Shown: positions 26,981-39,249 of the stretch, one piece after another
How positions within the stretch are numbered: the stretch's first letter is position 1
How the letters are laid out: every line of letters starts with the position of its first letter
NCBI RefSeq assembly: GCF_036321535.1
Contig: NC_087437.1
Location: 60,700,001 to 60,764,000 of the forward strand
Length of the DNA stretch: 64,000 nt
From: Camelus dromedarius
Lineage: Eukaryota
Reading direction: 5' to 3'
Made by a program: the position numbers and the translations under genes
Notes under the pieces: generated by a model
Database searches by the model: none
Seen by the model: the letters and a program-made list of their open reading frames with translations, nothing else
What the model was told of the DNA's origin: nothing

Positions 26981-28610
26981 AGGATGGTAGAAACAGTGAT
27001 CGAGAAATTGCAAAGTGGGTTTGAGACTTCTTTTCCGCCTGCTCTCAATCTTTTAACCCACAAAGGTCTAAGGCAGACCACAGCTACTATGTGGAGCTTC
27101 CCTCCACTAATCCTTTTTCTCTTTTCGCTTCCAAAAGCGAAAGACGACCTTCCTGTTATGGATGCACTTTGAGGCCTGGCCCGGGTTTTTCTTCTCTGGT
27201 TTTCCCATGATGATCTTAATCCTAAGAATTGTGATATGCCTTTTCCCGCCTCTCCTCAACTGAGAACACTTCCCCAGGAGGGCAGAGCCCGGTCTTACTC
27301 ACCGCTGTAGCTCCAGCCCCCACCAAATAGTGACAGGCCTACAAGTGCTTAGTAAGTCTGCAGTAAATGTGTCATTCTCTTTCTGAAGAGAGGAAAATTG
27401 ACTTCAGCCTGATAAGTTGAAGCGCCCTTCTTTCAACAAGCATTTATTTGAATATGAACATGAAGTAGTCTTTCTCTTGCAAGCCCTCAATCTAATTGGG
27501 GGGAAGAGATATAAGTAATTATAATGCAATATCCTGATAGGTAGAAAATAAAATAATAGATTTATGGTGGAAGATGAATTCAATTTTGGCCATATTCGAT
27601 TTGAAATAGAGTGCAGATGGATACAATGGAACACCAAGGGTGGGGTGCTGGGAGACTTGTGCCCCAAGTACCAGCAATAAGGGTGTGTATTGACTGCAGC
27701 GATTTTAAAAATAGTAAAACCGACTATAATGTGGTTTGCTTTTAATACGCGTGTCAGCAAATCCTAACCAATGTCACTGACACTCCTTCCCAAACAAAAG
27801 CTTTTCTTAGTCTTCTTTATAAACAATTGCTGTAGTTATTACTGAGTTTTAATAATAGATCTGTAAGCTCAGATTGGAATATTTCTTCAGTTTAAAAGTA
27901 AATCTTGAATCTTAAAGATTTCCGCTTCCAGTCAAGAGTGAATAACGAGATCAGATTTACCCTTCCAACTGAAACAACTAAAAAACCAGACAAAAATATG
28001 AAACAATAGTTAAAGACATTTGACATAAGGCACAGAAGAATACTGATCCCAAAGAGATAGACAATAAATGGGATGAGACCCTCAAATGCACCAGTTTACT
28101 GCCCAGCAAGAGTCTCCAGGACAATCACAGGTAGGGAAACCAGGAGGATCTTGGTCTCCCTGAGTAGAGGGGAAAAAGGAGGGAGACTGGGAAGTCCAAA
28201 GCACACAGAGTTCACAGGAGAGAGTCACCCATGAAGAGGGAGCTGCTGAAGAGAAAGCTCTAGCTGCTTTTAAGTGTTTTTTCTTTGTTGTTGATTTGAA
28301 TTTGACATTTGACATGAAATAGACATTTGACTATTTTGTGCCCTACTGTGGTTTTCTTTGTATTTATTAGGCCTGGATTTCACTAAATTTCTCTGATGTA
28401 TAGACTGATGTCTTTTATAAGTTTTGGGAAATAATCAGCCATTGTTTCTTCAAGTATTATTTTTGCTCCATTCTCTTGTCTCTGTTCCTCTGGGAGTCCG
28501 AGTACATGTGTAAGATTAGTTGAACTTGTTCACTATGTGCTTTACACTTTGTATCATCTTTTTTTTTTCTCTCTTGATGCTTCAGTTTGAATGTTTTTTT
28601 ATTGATCTGT

Positions 28611-28735
28611 TTTTTTTGGGGGGGGGGTAGGTAATTAGGTTTATTTAAATTTTTTTTTAATGGAAGTACTGTGGACTGAACCGAGGACCTCGTACATGCT
28701 AAGCACACACTCTGTCACTGAACTACACCCTCCCT
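28611..28735 (-). mobile_element. tRNA-derived SINE, long form
   Basis: Reverse-complement SINE flanked by tattga(t/c)ctgttttt repeats. Confidence 0.88.
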
Positions 28736-28746
28736 CTATTGACCTG

Positions 28747-30010
28747 TTTTTTTTAACATTTTTCTCTTGAGTTATAGTCAGTTTACAATGTTGTGTCAAT
28801 TTCCAGTGTAGAGCACAATTTTTCAGTTATACATGAACATACATATATTCATTGTCACTTTTTTTTTCACTGTGAGCTACTACAAGATCTTGTATATATT
28901 ACCCTGTACTATACAGTATAATCTTGTTTATCTATTCTACACATTCCTGTCAGTATCTACAAATTTCGAACTCCCAGTCTGTCCCTTTCCACCCCCCTCC
29001 CCCTTGGCAACCACAAGTTTGTATTCTATGTCTCTGAGTCTGTTTCTGTTTTGTATTTATCTTCTTCTTCTTCTTCTCCTTCTCCTCCTTCTCCTTCTCC
29101 TTCTCCTTCTTCTTCTTCTTCTTCTTCTTCTTCTTCTTCTTCTTCTTCTTCTTCTTCTTCTTCTTCTTCTTCTTCTTCTTCTTCTTCTTCTTCTTCTTCT
29201 TCTTCTTTCTTCTTTCTTCTTTCTTTCTTCTTTCTTCTTTCTTCTTTTTTAGATTCCACATATGAGCAATCTCATACGGTATTTTTCTTTCTCTTTCTGG
29301 CTTACTTCACTTAGAATGACATTCTCCAGGAGCATCCATGTTGCTGCAAATGGCATTATGCTGTCATTTTTATGGCTGTGTAGTATTCCATTGTATAAAT
29401 ATACCACAGCTTCTTTATCCAGTCATCTGTTGATGGAAATTTAAGCAGTTTCCATGTCTTGGCTATTGTAAATAGTACTGATATGAACATTGGGGCACAG
29501 ATGTCATTTTGAAGTAGGGTTCCTTCTTGATATATGCCCGGGAGTGGGATTCCTGGGTCATATGATAAGTCTATTCCTAGTCTTTTGAGGAATCTTCGTA
29601 CTGTTTTCCACAGTGACTACACCAAACTGCATTCCCACCAGCAGTGTAGGAGAGTTTCCTTTTCTCTACAGCCTCCCCAGCACTTGTCATTTGTGGACTT
29701 TTGAAGGATGGCCATTCTGACTGGTGTGAGGTGATACCTCATTGTAGTTTTGATTTGCATTTCTCTGATAACTAGTGATATTGAGCATTTTTTCATGTGC
29801 CTATTGATCATTTGTATGTCTTCCTTGGAGAATTGCTTGTTTAGGTTTCTGCCCATTTTTGGATTGGGTTGTTTGTTTTTTTCTTATTAAGTCATATGAG
29901 CTGCTTATATATTCTGGAGATCAAGCCTTTGTTGGTTTCATCGTTTGCAAAAATTTTCTCCCATTCCATAGGTTGTTGTTTTGTTTGGCTTATGGTTTCC
30001 TTTGCTGTGC
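28747..30010 (-). mobile_element. 5'-truncated, relatively young L1 (ORF2 C-terminus plus 3'UTR)
   Basis: ORF 29617-29856 ([39 protein letters not shown]...LLHCWWEC) is typical L1 ORF2p C-terminus. TSD ctat(t/g)gacctgttttt. Confidence 0.92.
29059..29245. repeat. (TTC)n/(GAA)n microsatellite inside the L1 3'UTR
   Basis: About 33 uninterrupted TTC units flanked by TCC/TTTC-interrupted units. Confidence 0.97.
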
Positions 30011-30218
30011 CTATGGACCTGTTTTTGACTTTACTAATTCTCTTTCATGACGTCCAGTCTGCTGTCAAATCTATGCAGTGTTCTTAATTTTTAATACTGT
30101 ATTTTTAGTTTTAGAATTTAATTTTTTTTTATAGATTCCAGTTTTCCATAAAAAGTCTCCATCTTTTCATCTATTTTATCTTTCCCTCTACTTTCTTTAT
30201 CTTATTTATCATAGTTTT

Positions 30219-30251
<33 letters not shown>

Positions 30252-33200
30252 GTCTTTGCTTGCTAACTTCAACGTTTGATTATTTGTTGGTCTGGCTCAA
30301 TGGTTCATTTTTCTCTTTTGATTATCAGTCACATTTTCCTGCCTCTTCATATGCTTGGTAATGTTTTCATCTATGCCAGACAGTGTGTATAAAAGAACTG
30401 TAGAGCCACCACATATGTTTCAGTGAGAGTTCCCCTTTCCCTCCATTAGGCTGATAGAGTGAGGGTCTAATTGTCATAATCAAATTGAGCTGGGTCTTGG
30501 CAAGGTTGTTCTCTTACTTAGAATCATTCCATCTCTGGTTCATCCCTGTTCCTCAGGGGTAGCCCAGGCTTTTGGTAGAAAACTTTTCTCCTCACCCCTG
30601 AAAGACTAGAATACTTTCAGTTCGTTTCTTTAGAGACTTTGAGTTTTGCTTTTTTGCCTCCAGTTATTCAGCTTCAAAATATGAGAAATGTTTCCAGGGA
30701 GAGGTTAGCCATGTGTTTGAGGAGGCCATTTTTCTCTCATGGGACATGGTTTCCTAAGTACCATGACTTTTAAAAAGTTTTCGTCCATCCCCAAAGCCTC
30801 CCAAGCAGGTCTTGAGCAACCAAATGCCGCACATGGAAAATCAGCCATGCATTGAGGCTCTCCTGGTTTCCAATCTGTCCCAGTACTCCCAAATGACCAC
30901 CAGAAGTTCCTCTGGGTTTTCTTTGCCCCAGTAGATTCCCTCTGCCTAGATTAACACCGATCCTCAGCCTATAACTAGAATCAGCAAATGTTTCCACAAA
31001 AGAAAACAGCTAGTGATTGTCAATTCACCTATAAAGGGCCCTCTCTCTGAAATTTTTGTTTACCAAAAATAAGGTGACAAGTTCTAGTCACTTGACAGCC
31101 CTCTAGTATATTTTAAAATATGATGTTTTTAACTTATTCTGCATTTTTTAGGCGGTTGTGGCAGGAACAGTGTCCTGCTGCAGTCTACTACATCCTATTT
31201 GGAAGAAAAGTGACTTGTAAAACTCACTTCTGTCATCATGTTACAATACCCAAGTGTATAAATGATACTTTCTGTTTAACTATAATTCTGACATTTATAT
31301 CAGAATTATAGTTAAATTATATTTAGATCCATTGCTCACTGAAAACCTTTTTTTCCATAATTTTTCCAGTTATCATTTGGTTGCCCTAAATTTGTCCTCT
31401 GGAAGATTTTAAAAATTAAACAAATAGCTATTTATTGAGCTCTTACCAGGTGCTAAACATTTTATGGGCATCATAAAATTTTAACTTTCACAGCAAAACT
31501 TTAATTACAAGTGAGAAGAGGCTTCTAGAATTTAAAGAAGCTTCTTGACTGGCAGGATGGTTAGCAGCCAACAAGAAGATGTAGCTCTGTAGAAACCAGT
31601 TCCCCCAAAGAACTGGGAATAGCAAGTGGGTGGTACACTCCTGTTGGCTGTATGGCTCATACAAACAAAAACTACCCAAAGGGGCTAGATTAGTACATAA
31701 GCCATGTCATGGCCTCTAGGGAGTGCCTCCTCATACCAAAATTCAAGGGACTATATACTTCTTATTTTGAACCAATGTTTCATTTATCTGGGTTAAATGG
31801 AATTGTTTCACAATTTGAATTTTCTTTTCAACATGCACAATTCAAACTATCCTATCCATAAAGCGGTTCCCAATCCAAAAATTTAAATATTTCAATAGAA
31901 TCTTCACATTTTCTTTAAAAAATTCTTATACTTTTTTGTGGTATTACTTATTACTAGGTACTTTGTTTTTTATCTATTATAAATGATGATTTTTAAGATT
32001 ACATTTTCTATTTGTTGCTAGTGTTGAGCAATACAATTGACTTTTACACACAGGTTTCATCTCCAGTAAACTTGCTAAATTTCTTATTAATCCTAATAAT
32101 TTATCCCATATTCTTTTGGGCATTGTCAACCTTATCTGCCAATGATGGTTGCTTATCTTACTTTCCAATTCTTACTTACATCTTTTCTTTTTCTTAGTGC
32201 ACTAACTAGGATCTTCAACTTCAAATTTAAATCGAAGTGGTGAAATCTCGTCTTATTCTGATCCTTAAAGAATGCCTTCAGTGCTCCACCACTGAGTATG
32301 ATTTCTTGCTGCAGATTTTTTGCATGCATATTCTTTCAGGTTAAAGAAGTTCACTACAAATTTGCTAAAATATATTTTTTATTGAGTTGATTGATTTTTT
32401 GAGTTGATATTGAATTTTACTAAGTGCTTTTTCATCTATTGAGATGTTCACTTAATATACTAATATGGTGTATTAAATTGATTTGAAGTTTTACTAACCT
32501 TGCATAACTACCTGATTAGGATGTACTTTGTTACGCATCACTAGCTTTGCTTTTTCATGAATAAGACTGCCTTGTAATTTTCCCTTTCACATATTTTGGT
32601 ATCACTTTTATGCTATCCTCATAATAGAATTTGGGAGGTGTTTTTTACATCTTGGACTAGGTCCTGCAGGATCGGAATTATTTCTCCTTGAATGTTTTGT
32701 AGAACTTGGTGGTAAACTGTCTGGGTCTTTGCTGTAAATTTCATCTAGGGAATGGGGAAGAGCTAGCCTCATAAAATGGACTAGAAGAGAGAGAAACAAA
32801 AACAAATGTTCTTTGATTGCACCCTTCAAGAACTGCTTGGTCTGCATAACTGTAAATATCTAGAGGTAATGCATAGAGAAAGGTCTGAAAAGACAGAAAC
32901 CAGTAAGATTTCCTTTGGGAAAGGTACTTGGTAGGGGTTGGGAAGCCTTCCCTTTATGCTGGAACTTACAAAACGATAATGTACTCCTGTATTACTTATG
33001 TAGTTAAATGTTTTTTAAAGAATAAATATGATTACAGGAAATGGGCTTTCTGGAGCACTGGGGAGTTGGAGATGATTAGTTTTCTCCCCACAAGAATGTG
33101 GCTTTGCTGATACCGATTTTGACTCGAGAACCAAGAGGGTCCCTTTCTTCTAAACAGTCAAATTGTTACATCCAAATTCTTCCAGGATAGTGGTGTAAAC

Positions 33201-33276
33201 TTGAGTATAGCACGGCAGTGAGAGGAATTGGATTTTTTTTTCACGTGTAGTAGAATCTTTGAGACTGTCAGTGGCA

Positions 33277-33296
33277 GCAGCGCCCCCTAGAGGATA
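33277..33296 (-). promoter_or_regulatory. CTCF-binding motif
   Basis: Minus strand reads tcctctagggggcgctgc, a close match to the CCASYAGRKGGCRS core. Confidence 0.7.
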
Positions 33297-33709
33297 TCCA
33301 GGAGCAAGGCAAGCAGAGAAAGACCATTTGCTTTCAGCAAGCGGGTCATCTCCGCTCCTGTTCTGGGCGGCTGCCTTTCCTCAGTTAAGCTACATCACTC
33401 ACTCCATCAAAAATGTGTAGCAGCTATTTGTGGTCCCTTCCCACTGATCAATTACTAAATGTGTAACACTGCAACTATATTTAAATTGCATTAAAATTGC
33501 ATTTATGTTTTCATAAGCTATGTAAATTATATTCCTTCAAAATCAGCTATACAGCTGAGGTGAGACCTAGAGAGCTGAAAGTTGCTTCCAATTAACTCTG
33601 AATTGATGGGTAGTGGAAACGCTGAAATTCTAGTTGGGTAATATTGAGCAATTAACCCTTTTCCTCCTGTCTGAAAATGAGTGTATCAATTAATCAGTTA
33701 TGTGATATC

Positions 33710-33863
33710 TGTGGAGCCAGGAAATGGGCCCTCACCAGATATCAAATCTGCTGGTGCCTTGATCTTGGACTTCCTAGCCTCCACACTGTGAAAAATATTC
33801 CCTTTGTTTATAAGCCACATGGTGTATGATATTCCATTACAGCAGCCTGAACATACTAAGACA
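33710..33863 (+). mobile_element. MaLR (MLT1-like) LTR 3' part
   Basis: tctgctggtgccttgatcttggacttcctagcctcc...actaagaca. Confidence 0.7.
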
Positions 33864-34622
33864 GGGGAGGAACTATGAAAAGTTGAAATTGTGCAGTTTT
33901 CACCTGCAAGCTATGGTGTCCACTGCTGTATCCCACATCCATCCTCCCTTCTCTACTAACAACTACTAACTATTCGTCTGGGGAAGCAATGTGTGGTTTT
34001 TAAAAACACTCTTACCTAGAATCTCTTGCAGCTATGAAGTATCAAATGACAGTCATGGCCAATGGGACAGAAGCTGAAGGTTTCTGGGAAAATTTATACT
34101 TTATTGATAAAGGGACTATTCCTTCCATCTTTCTTCTCGTTGCCTTTTGCCCATCCTCTCTCCCTCCTGCCCGACATGAAGCTGGAGGTGGAGCAGCCAG
34201 TTCGTATCCATGTGGCAACAAGCATAAGGATACAGGCCCCCATGTTAAGAATGGTGTAGTGAAAATATGGACAAAGCTTCCTGGTGGCATCACTGGACTC
34301 CATGACAACCCCAAACTAACTACCAGGGGACTTCTTTTGTGCAACTTAAATAAGTCTTGCTTGTTTACAGTCATTCTTGGGTACCTGTGACTTAAAAGTC
34401 AAACTTATTAAAAATAGATAGAAAAATGTACTTTGGAAATTGGTTTATATTTTTCCTATTTAATCCCCTTCAAGAAAATGACTTTCTAAACTATAATACA
34501 GTGTCTCATATTGCAATACTATAAAATAAAATATGTAACTTCATAGTATGTTACCAAACAAGGATGTTTGGGGCTGACTTTGTATATATGCAATATAATT
34601 CCTTAAGCTATATTATGCATAC

Positions 34623-34743
34623 TTTTTTTGGAAGGGGGAGGAGGTATTCAGGTTTATATTTTTAGAGGAGGTATGGGGGTTTGAACCCAGGACCTCATGC
34701 ATGCTAAGCATATGCTCTACCACTTGAGCTATACCCTGCCCCC
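34623..34743 (-). mobile_element. tRNA-derived SINE
   Basis: Reverse-complement A/B boxes with flanking atgcata repeats. Confidence 0.85.
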
Positions 34744-37524
34744 ATGCATATATTTTTCAAAAGATGAGGTAGGGGAAAAGGGCAAATAGCTCTGTGCAGC
34801 ATTCTCAGTGAATTAGGCCCCCATCTGCTACTGCATTATCATAAAGCACTGTCCAATGATTATAGTTTTTAAAAAAGCAACGATAGAAGATCATATTTAT
34901 CAAATGCTTACTATGTGCTAGGCACCATTCTAAGCATTTTATGTGAAATTAACTCATCTGACCCTAAAAAAAAACCCCTACAATGTAGGCATTTTTATTA
35001 TCACCCAAAACAGAACAAATAAACAAAAAACCAATTCACAGTAACAACTTTTAGTGCACGGTCTACTAGAATAATATTGTTACTAACTAAAAGCATAACT
35101 GGTTCTCTCACTGCCAGCAAAATTTACACTATTTTTTATTCAGAAGAAACTTACAAGTTCAAACATGACTATATGATGAAACTGAGCCAAAAAAAAAAAA
35201 AGGTTTAATAAAGCTGTTTTTACAGTGCTTAGTGATGAAAACATGTGCGGCAATAACTACTCAAGTACTTAGACTTCTTGTGTCAATACCATGGTCAACT
35301 GTGCTTTGTCATTAAAACAAAACTCAAACAGGACATAGTGGGCACACAGTGCAGACTATTAGTAGTAAAATATGCATAGATGAAAGGAAGTAGAAAAGTA
35401 TTTGCTAGGCTGACAGTACAAGTCATATGAAAGCAGTTGTCCATATAGTCACAGCCCATGGCTTACACTTATTTTTTCAATGACGCCCTGGTCTTAGGAA
35501 CATACTCCAAAAGATCTATAGATGAACAACAACAACAAAAAAGGTAAAACATTTAAACACTTCTCATATCACCAAGAAGAGTGTGATCAAAATAGTGGCA
35601 ATGTCTATAGTAAAAACTCACATGGTTAAGTTTTTTTTTTTTTTTTAGAATTTATTGAAAAAGCTCTTCAACAAAGTTACTAGCAGCAAAACTTAAAGTA
35701 TTCTAAAGTGTAAAGAATACTGAATGTGATTTAGATGTCTTCTAGCTTCAACCACAAAACTCCTTAAAGATTTTAATGACAATATATTAAAGCAATCAGA
35801 ATCAGATTGTACTGTTAGACATTCCTGAATCTTATGGCCCAGATCAAATAGTTTTTGAAAATGGTGCATTTCTGTTTTTAAATATAGGAGAAGTCAAAGC
35901 AAAGTAATTCATTAAGAAATAGAGAAAAACATTTTTTGGCAATGTATCCATGGCAACTCTGTATATACCTACAGATCTAAGAATGAAAGACAGGAATGTA
36001 TGTGGCACTGTTACTCCATTTTGTTTGCTTAAAAAAAAAAAAAAAAAGGCGGCACAGTGTGAGATATTTTCACCTGTTACAGAACACAAACTGGGATCTG
36101 TGGATAAAAGTTAATGTGACAGATACCTTTTAACAAGTACACAAGAAATTAGACATCCACATGAGTATTGTTGCTTTCAAAATAATCAACTTCTTGAGTT
36201 ACAAATTTATAGAAATCCCGCCACCATATACTGAACATATTTTGTCTTCTGGAAAATCAGTATTTTTACCTTTTTCCCTAAATAAAAACTAAAATGCATG
36301 GATAATAAGTTTTAATCAGAAATATAGAGGCCATAAAAATCTCATTATAAAGACATAGGTACTCATCAACTCTTAATTTCTGACCAAGAATCTACAATTA
36401 AGGCTGGGGTGGCCTTCCTCCGCCACTCTGCACATACTTAGACAAGACTTTCTCCTCTGGGTGCCCACATTAATATACTCAACGAACGAAAACACACTGT
36501 AAGACTAAACAAAATTATCAGGAAGGCAAATCTGTTATTCAAATAACGTACATTACAAATTAAGTTCTTAAGAAATTTTCAAGAATTTGCTTTATTAATC
36601 CTCACCACTCTTCCCTCTCAATTGCCAAGAGCTGCTTGTATATTTTATCTGCAATGGTGAAAACAGAATCCTACCGACTAAAGTCTGACCAAATCCACAC
36701 CTACGTCACATTCTAGACCTTTGCCCAAAATAAATATCTGGTCATAGCATTTTAAAAAAGTTAGGAATAAAAGTCCTCTATTTCACACCAAGGAAGTCTG
36801 ATAACAAGTAGAATCTTAGGAATTCTCAAACAAACTAGTGAACACACTAGTAAATAGTCGAGGGAAGTCATCTTTTTGATGTTTTGAGGCTCTCCTGGAA
36901 ACTCTGATTGGGAGATGTTGATAGGGGTAGTTTCGATGACATGCTGAGGGTAGACGCAATATGATAATGAAGAGAAAAACAGGAAGTTTGGTCTCCTCTT
37001 TCCACAAGTTTACCTGAGAAAAGTCAAAGGAAATAGTTAAAAAAAAAAAAAAAAAAAGATAGGTGAGTATGCCTGTTTTGCTGAGGGTTAGAAAGAGTGG
37101 AGGGACAGCCAAAAGGTCTAGGAGAGTCAGGATATGTCAGAGCAGCCAGAAGACCTAGGAGGTGGTAAAATACAGAGAACGGGTCCTTGGTGAAGTTAGC
37201 CATTGATGGGAAGAATATCTTTCACTTGGACCAAAAGGCGACAAAGACTAAAAGCCAGAAAATTCTGGCAATAAGGTTCAAGAAAGTGTTGAGATGGTGG
37301 AATAAAGGGCTTGGGAGTCATGAGAAAGTCTGGAGAAAAAGAGAGAGGAAAGAGATCTAGGAGTGAAATGAATGAGTGGTGGAGAGCACTAAGCTCTGCT
37401 GAGAACTGAGAATAACCAGCATGTACGTGAGTATTTGTTCAGTGCACTGCCAGACAGTGCTAGACTAGTGTTACAGAAACAGCACTGATCTGCAGGTATT
37501 CACCAGACATCTGTAAAAAAGTCT

Positions 37525-37700
37525 TTATGTGAAAGCCAAGATGGTGGCCGCCCCCTACAAACCAAAAGTCCTCAGAATGAAAACTACTTTGCCAGCATCT
37601 TGATCTTGGACTTTCAAGCCTTCCGTGACTGTGAGAAATAAACTTCTGTTGTTTAAACCACTCAGTCTATGGTATTTTGTTATGGCATCTTGGGCTAAGA
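37525..37700 (+). mobile_element. MaLR (MLT1B-like) LTR fragment
   Basis: ttgatcttggactt...ctgtgagaaataaacttctgttgtttaaaccactcagtctatggtattttgttatggc. Confidence 0.7.
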
Positions 37701-39249
37701 AAAAACTCTCACAATTAATACACTAGGAAAGAGAATGAATTTACGAAACAAGAATGGAAGGCTATAAAAAGGGAGATCGGAAAACAAGAATGACCTTTTG
37801 GAAATTAAAAATGTGATTGTTGATACATGTTCAGAGAAGTGCCAGAGATAAAATTGAGGAAATTCTCCTAGAAAGTTAAAAGGCAAAGAGATAGAAAACA
37901 GGAGAGAAAGATAAGAAAAACAGAAGACCAATGTTAAAATTCCAGAAATAAATAACAGGGGGAAAAGTGGCAATTATTACAGAAATAATATAAGAATTTA
38001 CCAGAACTGAAGAAAATTAGTCTGTTACCACGAAGGGCTGTCAAAAGCTAAACAGAGATCCTCACCAAGGCATTTCATGGTAAACTTTCAGCACAAAAGC
38101 TCTAGAGAGGCAGAAAAATGGGTTACATATAAAGGTGTTATCAGAAATGGCAAGTTTTAAGACAGCAAAGCGGGGACTTCAGAATTCTCAAGGAAAATGA
38201 TTTCCAACCTAAAATCCTTCATTATCAATTAAATGAGACATTTTCAGATGTAAGTTCTTAAAAATCTTACCTATAATGCACCCCTCTCAGGACACTCATG
38301 AAAGATGTTCTTCTCCAAAATGAGGAAGAAACAAAGGATCTAACTCACAAGGAAAGTGAAATTGAGTTTCAGGTGTCAGAGTGGCAGAAGGCCTCGAGAG
38401 AAAGAATCCAAACTGTAGCCCAATCAAGTTCCAGGAAAGAAGAAGGAACTGTCATAATCTAAGACAATAATTCTATAGAAAATAGTCTTCACAGGGCCTT
38501 TGTGGTGAGTTTGGAATAACTCAGTGATAGGAACATAGAAAGTTTCAAACGAAACAAAAAGACAAAAGTTAACAACAGGAAAAGCAAAGAGTTGTATAAG
38601 ACGTGACATGTAATGATAATAAATTACTTGACTCAAGCGAACAACACTCCCCGAAAGTTGTAAGGTAAAAACTGGCCACTAATGGAATAAAACATTGCCA
38701 CTTTTCTTAATTGGGAGACTAGAGGAAGTAGAAATGGGAGAACGGGATGGTTTAACAGTAACCAAATTCTCAACTGTTATAATACGAAGTTTCTAGATAA
38801 AGTAAAATATTGAACTGTTAAGAAATACCTGTGTACATACATAATTTAGAAATGTGAAGAATAATGCATGCTAAAAACAGCTCCAAGTTAGAAGCAGATG
38901 CCTCTGTGGAGCAGAACTCTGTGGTGAGGAAGTTTACAGCTGGGGACTGGCACCCTTTATTGTGACTCTTTTAAGATTATTTGAATTTTTAATCTATGTA
39001 CATTACATTGTTAAAAACCTTAAACAACTAGGCTTAAAAAAGGCCTTTCCCTTCATTGTTCTACTCCTCCTCCTCTTTTGAAAGATAAAATTTGTTAAAT
39101 AATTTGCATAAAAAATAATTCCCTAGTCTAAAAAAAGCCACAAATATCAAAGTAGTAGTAAAGCATGTATTAATCTCCTACAAATAGTGCTTTTCAAATC
39201 AATTGTCCAGGAATTTCTGAACTTTTCTTAGGCAAATGTTTTGAGCATT

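Noticed and set aside
26328..27172. Several overlapping 60-150 aa ORFs
   Set aside because: Expected from stop-codon scarcity in a CpG island. Mostly non-ATG starts with no recognisable domain.
27290..27310. Minus-strand donor-like cg|gtgagt upstream of the promoter
   Set aside because: It lies in an L2-like 3' remnant, with no supporting acceptor or promoter.
28833..29314. Poly-Leu/Lys/Glu/Ser ORFs
   Set aside because: Translations of the (TTC)n microsatellite, not genes.
34034..34390. 118-aa and 110-aa opposing ORFs
   Set aside because: No recognisable protein family. The region resembles a degraded ERVL/MaLR LTR.
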